A DNA stretch of 41,846 nucleotides from positions 1-41,846 of the forward strand of contig JBDRAY010000099.1 of assembly GCA_043823295.1 (NCBI GenBank), in the 5' to 3' direction. Both the position numbers and the translations under genes were made by a program. Below the pieces are notes generated by a model, which worked only from the letters and a program-made list of their open reading frames with translations, ran no database searches and was not told where the DNA came from. Positions 25,508 through 34,415 of the stretch are shown here, piece after piece. Within the stretch, counting starts at the first letter, position 1. Each line of letters begins with the position of its first letter. This DNA comes from Methanobacteriota archaeon (GTDB lineage Archaea; Altiarchaeota; Altiarchaeia; IMC4; SCGC-AAA252-I15).

Positions 25508-27328
25508 TTACTTTTTCTTTTTAGGCGTCTTCTGTGGTTTTTTCTTTTTCTCCCGAAGTAGATCACTCTCCTCGGAAGCCCTCTCTCTGAGACGTTCCAT
25601 CGACCTCAAAGCCTTACCTCGGGTAATGTCTTTTTTCGCCTCACCAACCCGGCGTTCAGCATCCTTTTTCGCTTCATCGACCTGATTTTCAGCCTCCTTC
25701 TTCATCTCATCGAATTTAGTTCCCTCACGGCCTTTAATAGGCCCAACGTTAGGTGAAACAGGATTTAAGGATCTTGCAATAGGAAAAGAGGTTTTTGATT
25801 GTCTAACTCCCCCTTCACCCGCCGGCGCGGAAGAAACACGTTCACCTGAAGCCCCGTAAGTTTCACCCGAAGCTCCGTATCTTTTCCCTTTAGAACCCCT
25901 CATCTGAGGTAATACCCTGCCGGTAGTATCTTCTTTCATGTGTGCTTGAAGGCTTCTGTCAGCAGCCCCCTCGTACCTGTCGCTTCTAGCTGGTGCCTTC
26001 CCAGCCGACCAATCCGACTCTGTCGGCCCTTCAGCTTGATCCCGCATAGCCTCAACCTCCCTTTTAGCCGCATCCCCCGCATCCTTATGTTTTTTACCCC
26101 CACCCCTCTTAGGACTGCCCGGACTTGAAAACCCAGCTCCCGCATCACCTTCAGCTGGTCCGGCCCCTCCAACAGCTCCTCCAGAAAGCCTTGAAACAGT
26201 TGACGGACTGAATGCGCCACCTGGTCTTCCCAACCCTGCTCCGTATCCCCCAGACTGCAGTCCCGCGATCATGCTTGCCTCGGGGATAGCCCTGGTTAGC
26301 ACACTTTTCGCTGCGTGCAGCGCGGCATCTTGCCTGCCTTGAAGCAATCCTCCAAGACCTGTAATCCACGTGTTGTTTGACGCAAGTCCTGCAGCGAATA
26401 TTCCCCCACCAACCATGTTCATTAAATGGTTCATAGTAAGCGGTGTCGCACCAACCATTACCAGCCCGACCATCGTCATGCCCCAGGAGATGATAGCACC
26501 CATGATTGGGGGGCCGAAAACTGCCGGTTGCCAATGGATTAACATGGGCCCAACCGAATTCATTGCGCTTAAAGTAAATACGAGCCATAGAATTTGGACT
26601 ACTGGAGTGAAAATCCAGTTTACTGCCTCTTTAATGTATTTTCTACCCCAACTGCGCGTTAAGTCGAAGAAATATAGGAAGATGAGTATTGGAAAAACAG
26701 CGGCATATGCGACTACGAAAAAATACCTTAACAATGCCATGATGAGCGTCCAACCAAGAATACTCAACATAATGATAAAAACACAGCACACGCCAAATAT
26801 TTCACCTCCAGTAGCTGCTTCAGTCATGGTGTTTAAATCCCCTAGTGTGGTCGCATTGCTGTTATAAACCGCATCCACCAGTGCTGAGGACAAGTCAAGA
26901 AGCGTTTGGTAGATTATGGGTGCCATGGCGACCAATATCATGCTGAACAACAGCTTGGAAAGCATTGCCTTAGCCCTCGCCCTTCCTCTCGGATTCGTGG
27001 ACTTGACTATGTAATATAGTGCTGTGAAAAGCACTGCGGAAATGTATAAGGGTATTAGTATGCTAGTGAAATACGGGAGTAGGGCGTCTATTCCCGCCGA
27101 CACTTCACAGTTTCCAGTACTGTCCCAACAGTATATTGTGGGGTTCATGATGATGAATCCTAAAAGAAGATCCATCTCCCATTCAAGCAATGGGATCATA
27201 AGCGCCATTAGACCTGAAAAAAACTTCCAAGTGTTTGACTGGGATTGGATCGGGATTGTCGCTCCAACCTGAACTAAAGTGAAGGAAATCAAAACCAAAA
27301 CTACGATGTAAACCTTAATCTTGTTCAT
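25508..27328 (-). CDS. VirB6/TrbL-like polytopic membrane protein with a Gly-rich and Lys-rich C-terminal tail
   Basis: About 7-8 TM helices in the first roughly 370 aa. It is clearly paralogous to the N-terminus of the 1654-aa ORF (PTIYCWDS../PTIYPFDK..; LRYFFVVAYAAVFPILIFLYFFDLTRSWG vs FRYLVVQLLAIFFPLSFFLFFFDYTRTLG; WIFTPVVQILWL vs WIFMPVAQVLVL). The tail ends in EKKKKPQKTPKKKK. I prefer the ATG at 27328 (MNKIKVYIVV...). The alternative upstream ATG at 27403 would overlap the preceding gene by 89 nt. Confidence 0.6.
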   Translation of the reverse strand: MNKIKVYIVVLVLISFTLVQVGATIPIQSQSNTWKFFSGLMALMIPLLEWEMDLLLGFIIMNPTIYCWDSTGNCEVSAGIDALLPYFTSILIPLYISAVLFTALYYIVKSTNPRGRARAKAMLSKLLFSMILVAMAPIIYQTLLDLSSALVDAVYNSNATTLGDLNTMTEAATGGEIFGVCCVFIIMLSILGWTLIMALLRYFFVVAYAAVFPILIFLYFFDLTRSWGRKYIKEAVNWIFTPVVQILWLVFTLSAMNSVGPMLIHWQPAVFGPPIMGAIISWGMTMVGLVMVGATPLTMNHLMNMVGGGIFAAGLASNNTWITGLGGLLQGRQDAALHAAKSVLTRAIPEASMIAGLQSGGYGAGLGRPGGAFSPSTVSRLSGGAVGGAGPAEGDAGAGFSSPGSPKRGGGKKHKDAGDAAKREVEAMRDQAEGPTESDWSAGKAPARSDRYEGAADRSLQAHMKEDTTGRVLPQMRGSKGKRYGASGETYGASGERVSSAPAGEGGVRQSKTSFPIARSLNPVSPNVGPIKGREGTKFDEMKKEAENQVDEAKKDAERRVGEAKKDITRGKALRSMERLRERASEESDLLREKKKKPQKTPKKKK

Positions 27329-27839
27329 CTTGGGATTTTCGAATCCTTGAAGCTCTTTGAGCTTCCATAATTCCTTTTTTTGCGAGTTCGTCCAATCTTT
27401 CATTTGGGATGTTGTATTTCCCTATTTTTTCGGAGAATATTTTATCGTCTTCGCGAATCTTCTTTTCGGTTTCGTTTGCCTTCCTCCCTTCCGCCCAGAG
27501 GGTTTTCCCGATTTTGAACTCGCATTTACTGCACTTTAAATTTTCTCCGTCTTCTTTCAGATACGACAAATCTTTTTCCTTGAATATCTGCTCGTCGCTG
27601 TTGCATGTGGGGCAAAGGTTTTTTTCGAAAGTTACGTTCCACATGGGAGTTCTCGTAAGCCTTTGACCCCTTAAGGTGTAGTCCTTATACTTGTGCCTTA
27701 CAATAGTCTCATAGATTTTCTGCCGTGCGTCATCTTCATTCAAGTTGTGTCTTGCAAGCCAGTTTTCTGCAAAACCCTTAATTACTTCCTGCTCTCTCCT
27801 GCTTAACGGGAGTTTTGCCGTGTATTTTTTATCTTCCAT
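27315..27839 (-). CDS. Zinc-ribbon protein (CxxC...CxxC), function unknown
   Basis: 174 aa with a CPTCNSDEQ ... LKCSKCEF four-Cys ribbon. Both termini are charged and helical. It lies 3 nt downstream of the 1654-aa gene. Confidence 0.55.
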   Translation of the reverse strand: MEDKKYTAKLPLSRREQEVIKGFAENWLARHNLNEDDARQKIYETIVRHKYKDYTLRGQRLTRTPMWNVTFEKNLCPTCNSDEQIFKEKDLSYLKEDGENLKCSKCEFKIGKTLWAEGRKANETEKKIREDDKIFSEKIGKYNIPNERLDELAKKGIMEAQRASRIRKSQDEQD

Positions 27840-27842
27840 TTT

Positions 27843-30800
27843 TTACGTCACCCTACTTCCGGGCGCTACTGGAGTCGAAACCATGTTTTGCAATCCAGTG
27901 AATAGTTCGAATACTCTGCGAGTCTCCCCTCCCATTGACGGGGCTGAAAAGTCGTGTCCCGCCGCACGGAAGGCTTCGTCAATCGTCATCTTATCTGGGG
28001 CTGATGCAGTTCCAGTCAACGCTTCAACACTTGCCCTTACTGCCGCTGAATCGGTAGTCCCCAATGCGGCGTCTAATCCTTGGGCACGCCTTTCAAGCTC
28101 CTCTGCAATTGCTGCCGCCTGGGCCATGTTTGCCGTATCGTTATCAGAAATACTTCCCTTCGGATTTATTGCTCTTTCGGCATAGATGTTTGTGGCCTCT
28201 TGCAAAGCCTTCGTCTGGGTTCTGATGTAGGCTAACTCTTCCTCTTGCGCGGCAGGTAAATCTGCGGGTGAAGCTCTCGCCTGGTTTTGAGAGTGTCGTC
28301 CAAGCTCGACGGCCGAGGCTAAAGTCTCGTCTACTGCCATTCCCGCGTCTGTCGGATTAAATCCCGAGCGTCGTATCTGAGTTCTTCCACGAGCGACGGC
28401 TGCATTACCCCCGGAAATAACCGTTTCGTCGAGTCTTTCCCCAGAGATTATTATTTTTTCATACATGTCTTCAGCAGTCGTCACCTGCTCCCGGGAACCG
28501 GCTCCCGAGGCCGCCCAGCTTACAAGCAGGTGCCCTCCTTCGTGACCTAACGCGGGTATGACACTTTCTCCTGTGGGGGTATCTCCATTGAAAATATCAG
28601 CCTGAAGCATTTTGCTTCCTGCATTGAGTACCAAAGTTCCAGTCGTCTTTTCTATTGCATACGGATTTGCGTCTCTCCAGTCGTAGTCGAATTTAATCGC
28701 CTTAGGCCGCATGGCTTCGGGAAGGCTTGCCGCGTGGGCTGCGTAGCGCATGAGAAAGTCGTTTACCCTGGATCCTGGCAATTCCTTCTGCACGAGCGCG
28801 TCAGCTTCGTCAGAGTCTATGTAGACGCCCAACTTCTTCATGGCTTCAAGCTGCTTCCCCCTCTCCGTTAGGAACGCGTCGTCCACAGTCTTTGTAATCC
28901 TTGACTGGGTTGTCGGATCCCACACTTCAACAGTATCCCCCATCGTGTAGTTTTCAGTCAAGACTCCCGCCCCTCTAAGGTGTACTGTATCACTAGTTCC
29001 TCCAAAGTAGGTTGAATTATTTTCAACGAATTTTCGGGCGTGAGCTGGACTTTCAATATGCACGACGCCTGCCGTAGTGGGAGTGTACTGTCCCTCATAA
29101 TTATACTTTCCAGCCCCGCTTGCAGCCTTCTCATCATAGTGGCCGGCAAGATCTGACAAGGCTATGAAACCTCTACCCTCCCTAATGCGGTCAGCCCGAT
29201 AATCCAAATCCACAGCTTCACTGTGACGACCCGCCTTCCTCCTCTGCTTTGCCCCCTCCCTGAATTCACTAACCGTTTCTCCCACTTGCTTTTTCTCCAC
29301 CCTGAATCCGTAAACCAGGTTGCCGCTCGCATCCCTTTCCTGAACGAGCTCGTCCCTGTCGAAACTGCGCGATTTTTTTACTCCGTCGGTAAAGCTTATC
29401 TGCGCGTTTCTTCCCCCGTGCTTGCCGATCGACTGGTAAAGCGGGTCCTCAGCTGCATGCAGCAACTCCGACTGAAAAGTCCCGTAAGTCGTGTTTCTGT
29501 CAAGTAAGGTGCCACTACTCTCAAACGATTCCGGAAGTGTTGCGACGTTTCTGACCATGACCTTCCCCTCGCTGTCGGTAGCCCAATTCTCTTGCTTTTC
29601 CACAATCGCATGTCTCTTATCTCTCTTAACGTCTGCAGCTGCAATGTCTGCAGGGGTTCCACTTGCCCTAAGGGCCTCTTCCTCCCCCCTAAGCTTGTTC
29701 ACCATCTGCGTATTCGTTACCTTCTCCTCTTTATCATAATAGCCCTGCAAGATTGGCTCTATTCTCACTCTCTCAACCTGACCTCCTTCGTAAGCCATCC
29801 TCTGCCTCAAGTAAGAGTAGTCTTCCTGGTTTAAGAGCATGGCCCCGCTTTCAGTCCTCTCCAAGTCCATGGTCAAGCTCATGGCACCCGTCTGAGGGTC
29901 GAGGATGCGCTCCATCGGGGTGGCTGCTGCCATCTCTTCGGGAGTAAGCTGCACGTATCCAGCAAGCCCTCTGGCGGTGAAAGCCCTTGAGGCGTAATCT
30001 CCCATCTCGGCAAAAGCAACAGCATTGTCAAGAGGTTTCGCTCTATACAACTTCCCCTCATCATCATCCTTCTTCGACATACTCGCCTGAGCCGACTCCC
30101 TCTCTTTCATTGGTACTGTTTCAGGGTTCCTATGACCTATCCTGTGGGCTCTGAAATGCGTTAGAAGGCTTTCCCTCTTTTCCCCCCATTCATTAGCGGC
30201 CTCACTACTTAAGGTTCCGGCACGCTTTCTCCTGGAAACCTCTTTCTTGAAATTATCATCATTCAAATCAACTATCTCCTCGGAAAAGATTTTACTCCAA
30301 GCCTCCTTCTCAGACACTTGGTCAAAAGTCCTTGCCCCAAGTGAAGCATCTGCTATCTCCTGCCGCTTATCCCCCACCCTCGACTCTAAATCCCTGACAA
30401 GCTCGGTTCCAGGATGCGCTTCATAACCCTTACCTTCGCTTAAAGACTGGGAATCCGCCAAAACCAACTTGAAGATGTCCTGCCGCTCATCCTTACTAGA
30501 ATAATTGTTTTCCAAGCTAGTCAAGCACGCTTGGACGTAGTTGGGATCCCTCTCATTTAAAACATCAGTCCCCTCCCGCAAAGCATCCAACGTCCCACTA
30601 ATAGCACGCACGTGTCTGTCTCGCTTGGCTCTATAATGCGCTTTCACATCATTCCTTCTCGCATCATTAGCAGTGGTTCCATCAAATTTCGTAAGTTTAA
30701 TCAACCTCGCGTCAATCTCAGCAAGCCTTCCGCCAGTCGCAGTTAGCCGCTCTTTTTCAAGGTCTTCGATTTCAGCAAGCGTTCTACTTGCACTCGAAGC

Positions 30801-32807
30801 CTTCTTCGCTATTCCACCCCTCCCCATTATTCCCCAAAGCTTCCTCCCTGCTCTACTCCTCCCATGGACTTGCCTGAAGCCCATACCCATCATCCGATTT
30901 CCAACCTGATAACCCACCCAACGAGCGCCAGGAGGCAGAAGCTGAGCGCTCGTACCAACAATAAAAGCTCCTATCTGGCGAATAGGCTCAAAAGGACTAA
31001 TAGGCATTAAAGCGAAGCCAACACCCTTAACACCCCTTATGAATGCGCCTGCAATCGCCATCTTAGAAGCGCCGGGAGTTTTTGCAAGCTCCATAGCGTA
31101 ATGCAAAAGAGACATACCTCTAAGCCCTTGCGAAGTGCCCCTGTCCACAGCCCTCATAACCGCATCACTGTCGACGAGCATGGGGGCTATGTGTTCACTC
31201 CACCATCGAGTTGGGTAGCTTAAGTCTTGGCCATGTAGCGTTTTCATACCTGTGGGACCTCCCTTACCATAACGCCATTCATCCGGGACGTTACCACCCA
31301 TACCTCCACCACTCCTAAAATCAGGAGCCTCAGGCACGGAAGTTGTGGCTGTCACGTCAGAGCCCTCTACTCCCCCTCCTCCAGTGCCGCCAGCCCCGCC
31401 GCCGGAAGCCTTGTCAGGGTGTTTTGGAACCCTGGTCCCCGTCTTATACCCGTGGTAACTCTCCCTCGCCCCCCGGGCAATATTCCCTCCTGTTCTTGCC
31501 ATACCACTACCATAAGCGCGGCCTGACCCTGTGAAAAATCCACCGACAGCCCCTAAAATACCACCTCGGCCATAACCTCTACTCACACCCCTCCCAATCT
31601 CACCGTAAGGCTTCATAGTCTCCTTGACACCACCCCACATTCTACCCCAAATACCACTCATACCCGGAGTAGTCTGTCCGGCCCTCAAGTAACCCACCTG
31701 AGCGGCGCCTGCAACAATGGAATCAGGTCCGAAGCCCATCCCAATCTGGCCGACGCTTTGAAGCATGGCGCCTGAAAACGTGCCTCCCCGCGCAGCCCCC
31801 ATCGCGGCTGTTATGCCTCCAACCCACTTGAGCATTCCAGTCACCATCAAGCCCGAAACAGCGAAAGCGGTCATCCCCGCCAAAACGACCAAACCGTGAG
31901 CTAGGAAGTGGTCTGGAACTCCCCCACCAGTCAAGGCGATAACTGTTATTGCCAGCACTAAGACCTGGGCGACGGGCATGAAAATCCAAAGTATTGTGGT
32001 CCGAAGAAGGTTAGCTCCTAAAGTTCGGGTGTAGTCGAAGAAAAAAAGGAAGAATGAGAGCGGGAAGAAAATCGCAAGTAATTGGACTACCAAATACCGG
32101 AAGGCTAGAATTGCCAGTCCGATAACGGAGATTATGATCGGCAACCAACCAAGGATGACGGCTTGGGGACCTAGGAAAGCAACTACTACGCCGTTTACAA
32201 CCTTATCCGACCAATCATCCTCAACAATATTCCATATGGTTTTGACCATATCCAATTCAATATCCAACAGCAACTGAAAGAGGGGTGGGGAAATAGAAAC
32301 TAAAAACATGCTCATCAAAACCTTGTTAAACTGTGACTTAGCCAATGCCCGGTCGCTGGGGGATATTGAAACATAGACTATGTAAATCGCGATCAGAAGG
32401 AGGAGTATTCCATAAAATGGGATAAGCAACTTTAATATTGTTTTAGTAAGGTTGGAGACTGCGGGATTACCCTTATCAAAGGGGTAAATCGTGGGATTCA
32501 GCCTTAATGACCACCCAACCAACCATAACAATCCTTCAACGACAGGCTCAAGGAGGAATGTGATGAAGGCGTAAATCTGTTTGACAGCTATGTGTACTAA
32601 TCCGAGGAATCCCTTACCTAAGTCGAGGAGTCCTTTACCAGATGCTATGTACCACGTCCAACTCCCAATGTTTGCCAAAGCACTCTTCTCAGTATCCCAA
32701 CCCTGCCCGCAGGTGTTCAAGGCCAAAGAGAAAAATACTGCGGTGATTAATAGGGTCAATAATACCGTATTCCATTTGGAGTTTTGCGAATTATTTACTC
32801 CTTTCAT
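27843..32807 (-). CDS. Extended VirB6-like protein (1654 aa): N-terminal polytopic domain, Gly-rich linker and a roughly 1200-aa soluble region with an HExxH motif
   Basis: The first roughly 345 aa are paralogous to the 631-aa VirB6-like protein. A Gly-rich segment follows (ASGGGAGGTGGGGVEGS). The long soluble part carries ALGHEGGHLLVSW (HEGGH at residues 1422-1426, nt 28530-28544). Confidence 0.6.
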   Translation of the reverse strand: MKGVNNSQNSKWNTVLLTLLITAVFFSLALNTCGQGWDTEKSALANIGSWTWYIASGKGLLDLGKGFLGLVHIAVKQIYAFITFLLEPVVEGLLWLVGWSLRLNPTIYPFDKGNPAVSNLTKTILKLLIPFYGILLLLIAIYIVYVSISPSDRALAKSQFNKVLMSMFLVSISPPLFQLLLDIELDMVKTIWNIVEDDWSDKVVNGVVVAFLGPQAVILGWLPIIISVIGLAILAFRYLVVQLLAIFFPLSFFLFFFDYTRTLGANLLRTTILWIFMPVAQVLVLAITVIALTGGGVPDHFLAHGLVVLAGMTAFAVSGLMVTGMLKWVGGITAAMGAARGGTFSGAMLQSVGQIGMGFGPDSIVAGAAQVGYLRAGQTTPGMSGIWGRMWGGVKETMKPYGEIGRGVSRGYGRGGILGAVGGFFTGSGRAYGSGMARTGGNIARGARESYHGYKTGTRVPKHPDKASGGGAGGTGGGGVEGSDVTATTSVPEAPDFRSGGGMGGNVPDEWRYGKGGPTGMKTLHGQDLSYPTRWWSEHIAPMLVDSDAVMRAVDRGTSQGLRGMSLLHYAMELAKTPGASKMAIAGAFIRGVKGVGFALMPISPFEPIRQIGAFIVGTSAQLLPPGARWVGYQVGNRMMGMGFRQVHGRSRAGRKLWGIMGRGGIAKKASSASRTLAEIEDLEKERLTATGGRLAEIDARLIKLTKFDGTTANDARRNDVKAHYRAKRDRHVRAISGTLDALREGTDVLNERDPNYVQACLTSLENNYSSKDERQDIFKLVLADSQSLSEGKGYEAHPGTELVRDLESRVGDKRQEIADASLGARTFDQVSEKEAWSKIFSEEIVDLNDDNFKKEVSRRKRAGTLSSEAANEWGEKRESLLTHFRAHRIGHRNPETVPMKERESAQASMSKKDDDEGKLYRAKPLDNAVAFAEMGDYASRAFTARGLAGYVQLTPEEMAAATPMERILDPQTGAMSLTMDLERTESGAMLLNQEDYSYLRQRMAYEGGQVERVRIEPILQGYYDKEEKVTNTQMVNKLRGEEEALRASGTPADIAAADVKRDKRHAIVEKQENWATDSEGKVMVRNVATLPESFESSGTLLDRNTTYGTFQSELLHAAEDPLYQSIGKHGGRNAQISFTDGVKKSRSFDRDELVQERDASGNLVYGFRVEKKQVGETVSEFREGAKQRRKAGRHSEAVDLDYRADRIREGRGFIALSDLAGHYDEKAASGAGKYNYEGQYTPTTAGVVHIESPAHARKFVENNSTYFGGTSDTVHLRGAGVLTENYTMGDTVEVWDPTTQSRITKTVDDAFLTERGKQLEAMKKLGVYIDSDEADALVQKELPGSRVNDFLMRYAAHAASLPEAMRPKAIKFDYDWRDANPYAIEKTTGTLVLNAGSKMLQADIFNGDTPTGESVIPALGHEGGHLLVSWAASGAGSREQVTTAEDMYEKIIISGERLDETVISGGNAAVARGRTQIRRSGFNPTDAGMAVDETLASAVELGRHSQNQARASPADLPAAQEEELAYIRTQTKALQEATNIYAERAINPKGSISDNDTANMAQAAAIAEELERRAQGLDAALGTTDSAAVRASVEALTGTASAPDKMTIDEAFRAAGHDFSAPSMGGETRRVFELFTGLQNMVSTPVAPGSRVT

Positions 32808-32848
32808 TCACATAGTTTATTAGTTTAATCCCTCTAAATAATTAAAAA

Positions 32849-34369
32849 GTGAAGCTGAAGGCGGCGGTTTTTATTTCAGGGGTGGCGGTTATGATAATCG
32901 AGATACTCGGCAGCAGGTTGATAGCACCCTATTTTGGAAACTCGATTTTCGTATGGACCTCAATAATTGGGGTAGTCCTCGCATCACTCAGCCTTGGATA
33001 CTACTTTGGGGGACGGCTTGCAGACAAGGAACCTTCAATCGAAAAGCTTTCACAAATCCTATTATACGCTGGACTAGCAGTCTGCTTTATACCCGCAATC
33101 TCCACACCAATCCTCCTATTATCAACACTTTTTGGATTGAAACTCGGCTCAATAACAGCCTCACTAATACTACTTTCAATCCCAAGCATTCTCCTGGGTG
33201 TAGTATCCCCCTACGCAGTCAAACTCGAGACTAAAAAACTCGGGGTTTTAGGTAAAACCGCCGGAAACCTATACGCAATATCAACATTCGGAAGCATCAT
33301 AGGGACTTTCCTCACAGGATTCGTATTGATTCCCTTAATTGGTGTGAAATCAATTCTATATCTTGTAGCGCTCCTACTTTTCTCAGCCTCAATAATCCTG
33401 TCAATAAAGAACAAAATCAAAGTTTTCGCTTCAATCGGAATCATGGTACTGATAATAGTATACATTGCCCCAAAAAGCGAGGCATTAGACTCGGCTGGAC
33501 TCGTTTACAGTCACGACACCCCCTACTATCACATCACGGTGAGGGATGGGGAAAAGTGGGGCCGCAATCTGAGAAACCTGCACCTTGATATCGGACTCCA
33601 AGGAGGAATGTTCTTAGACACCAATGAAAGCATCTACCCCTACTCCTATTTCTTCCAGGTTCCTTTTACATTGAGAGAAGACATACGGGACGTCCTATCT
33701 TTAGGTACTGGAGCGGGTATTACTCAATCAAGCCTTATTAAACACTATCCTGATGTGCGTATCGATACTGTGGACATAGACTCTGAGGTAGCTAGGGTTG
33801 CAAGCGAATACTTCGGTTTCGTTGAAAGTGAAAAATTACGGTTCTACGTCGATGACGCGCGATTTTTTTTAACGAACTCCCAGAAAAAATACGATCTGAT
33901 AATCCTGGACGTGTTCACATCCGACCCCTCAACACCCCCTCACTTAACAACGACTGAGATGCTTGGCGGGATAAAAGACCACTTGAATGAGGAAGGCATT
34001 TTCGCCGCTAACGTAATAGCATCCCTTGATGGTCAGTACTCGTATTTTTTCAAAAATTTCGTAAAGACTTGTAGAGGGCAATTCTCATGCGTTCACATTC
34101 TTCCGATGAGTGGGGAATTGGAGGAGCTCCAAAACATTATTATAATCGGGATGGATTCCAGCGAATGCATCGGGAAAGAAGATTTGCGCATTCTTTTAAG
34201 GATGCTTCCCGAAAACCCAATAGTCGACTGGAAGACATATTCAGCAAACCTGATGTTTGATGACCTAAACCTTACTGGCGCATCCGTTTTGACTGACGAC
34301 TATGCGCCGGTCGAATACCTTCAGATGAAGGCTTCTGAGAAAGTAGTCCAAAGATACTACCAGTATTAA
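32849..34369 (+). CDS. Membrane-fused spermidine-synthase-like (class I SAM-fold aminopropyltransferase-like) protein
   Basis: GTG start. The N-terminal roughly 200 aa have about 7 TM helices (FISGVAVMIIEILGSRLIAPYFGNSIFVWTSIIGVVLASLSLGYYFGG). The C-terminal domain contains VLSLGTGAGITQS..VRIDTVDIDSEVARVASEYFGF..LRFYVDDARFFL..KYDLIILDVF, the typical spermidine-synthase-like fold. Confidence 0.7.
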   Translation: MKLKAAVFISGVAVMIIEILGSRLIAPYFGNSIFVWTSIIGVVLASLSLGYYFGGRLADKEPSIEKLSQILLYAGLAVCFIPAISTPILLLSTLFGLKLGSITASLILLSIPSILLGVVSPYAVKLETKKLGVLGKTAGNLYAISTFGSIIGTFLTGFVLIPLIGVKSILYLVALLLFSASIILSIKNKIKVFASIGIMVLIIVYIAPKSEALDSAGLVYSHDTPYYHITVRDGEKWGRNLRNLHLDIGLQGGMFLDTNESIYPYSYFFQVPFTLREDIRDVLSLGTGAGITQSSLIKHYPDVRIDTVDIDSEVARVASEYFGFVESEKLRFYVDDARFFLTNSQKKYDLIILDVFTSDPSTPPHLTTTEMLGGIKDHLNEEGIFAANVIASLDGQYSYFFKNFVKTCRGQFSCVHILPMSGELEELQNIIIIGMDSSECIGKEDLRILLRMLPENPIVDWKTYSANLMFDDLNLTGASVLTDDYAPVEYLQMKASEKVVQRYYQY

Positions 34370-34382
34370 AAAAAAAAATTTT

Positions 34383-34405
34383 CCCTGGGCTGGAAAAGCC
34401 CAGGG
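34383..34405. terminator. Perfect 8-bp hairpin between convergent genes, flanked by A/T runs (candidate bidirectional terminator)
   Basis: CCCTGGGC-TGGAAAA-GCCCAGGG. It is preceded by A11TTTT (34368-34382), which is a T-run on the minus strand. It is followed by CAGTTTGCTTTT on the plus strand. Confidence 0.45.
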
Positions 34406-34415
34406 CAGTTTGCTT

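Noticed and set aside
24987-25685. 232-aa plus-strand ORF rich in Ser, Pro and Phe.
   Set aside because: It is antisense to the charged, Gly-rich 377-aa gene and to the Lys-rich tail of the VirB6-like gene. The long open antisense frame arises from the GA-rich codon bias. It has no start context or motifs.
27329-27403. N-terminal extension (MKDWTNSQKKELWKLKELQGFENPK) of the 631-aa VirB6-like ORF.
   Set aside because: It would overlap the preceding zinc-ribbon gene by 89 nt. The ATG at 27328 gives a typical MNKIK-plus-hydrophobic signal or anchor start with only a 14-nt overlap. The upstream start cannot be fully excluded.
18887-28185. Antisense ORFs within other locus genes (18887-19300, 19463-19786, 21854-22297, 26370-26867, 27745-28185).
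   Set aside because: Each overlaps a longer ORF that has clear family signatures or paralogy. The sequences are low-complexity or hydrophobic mirror translations.
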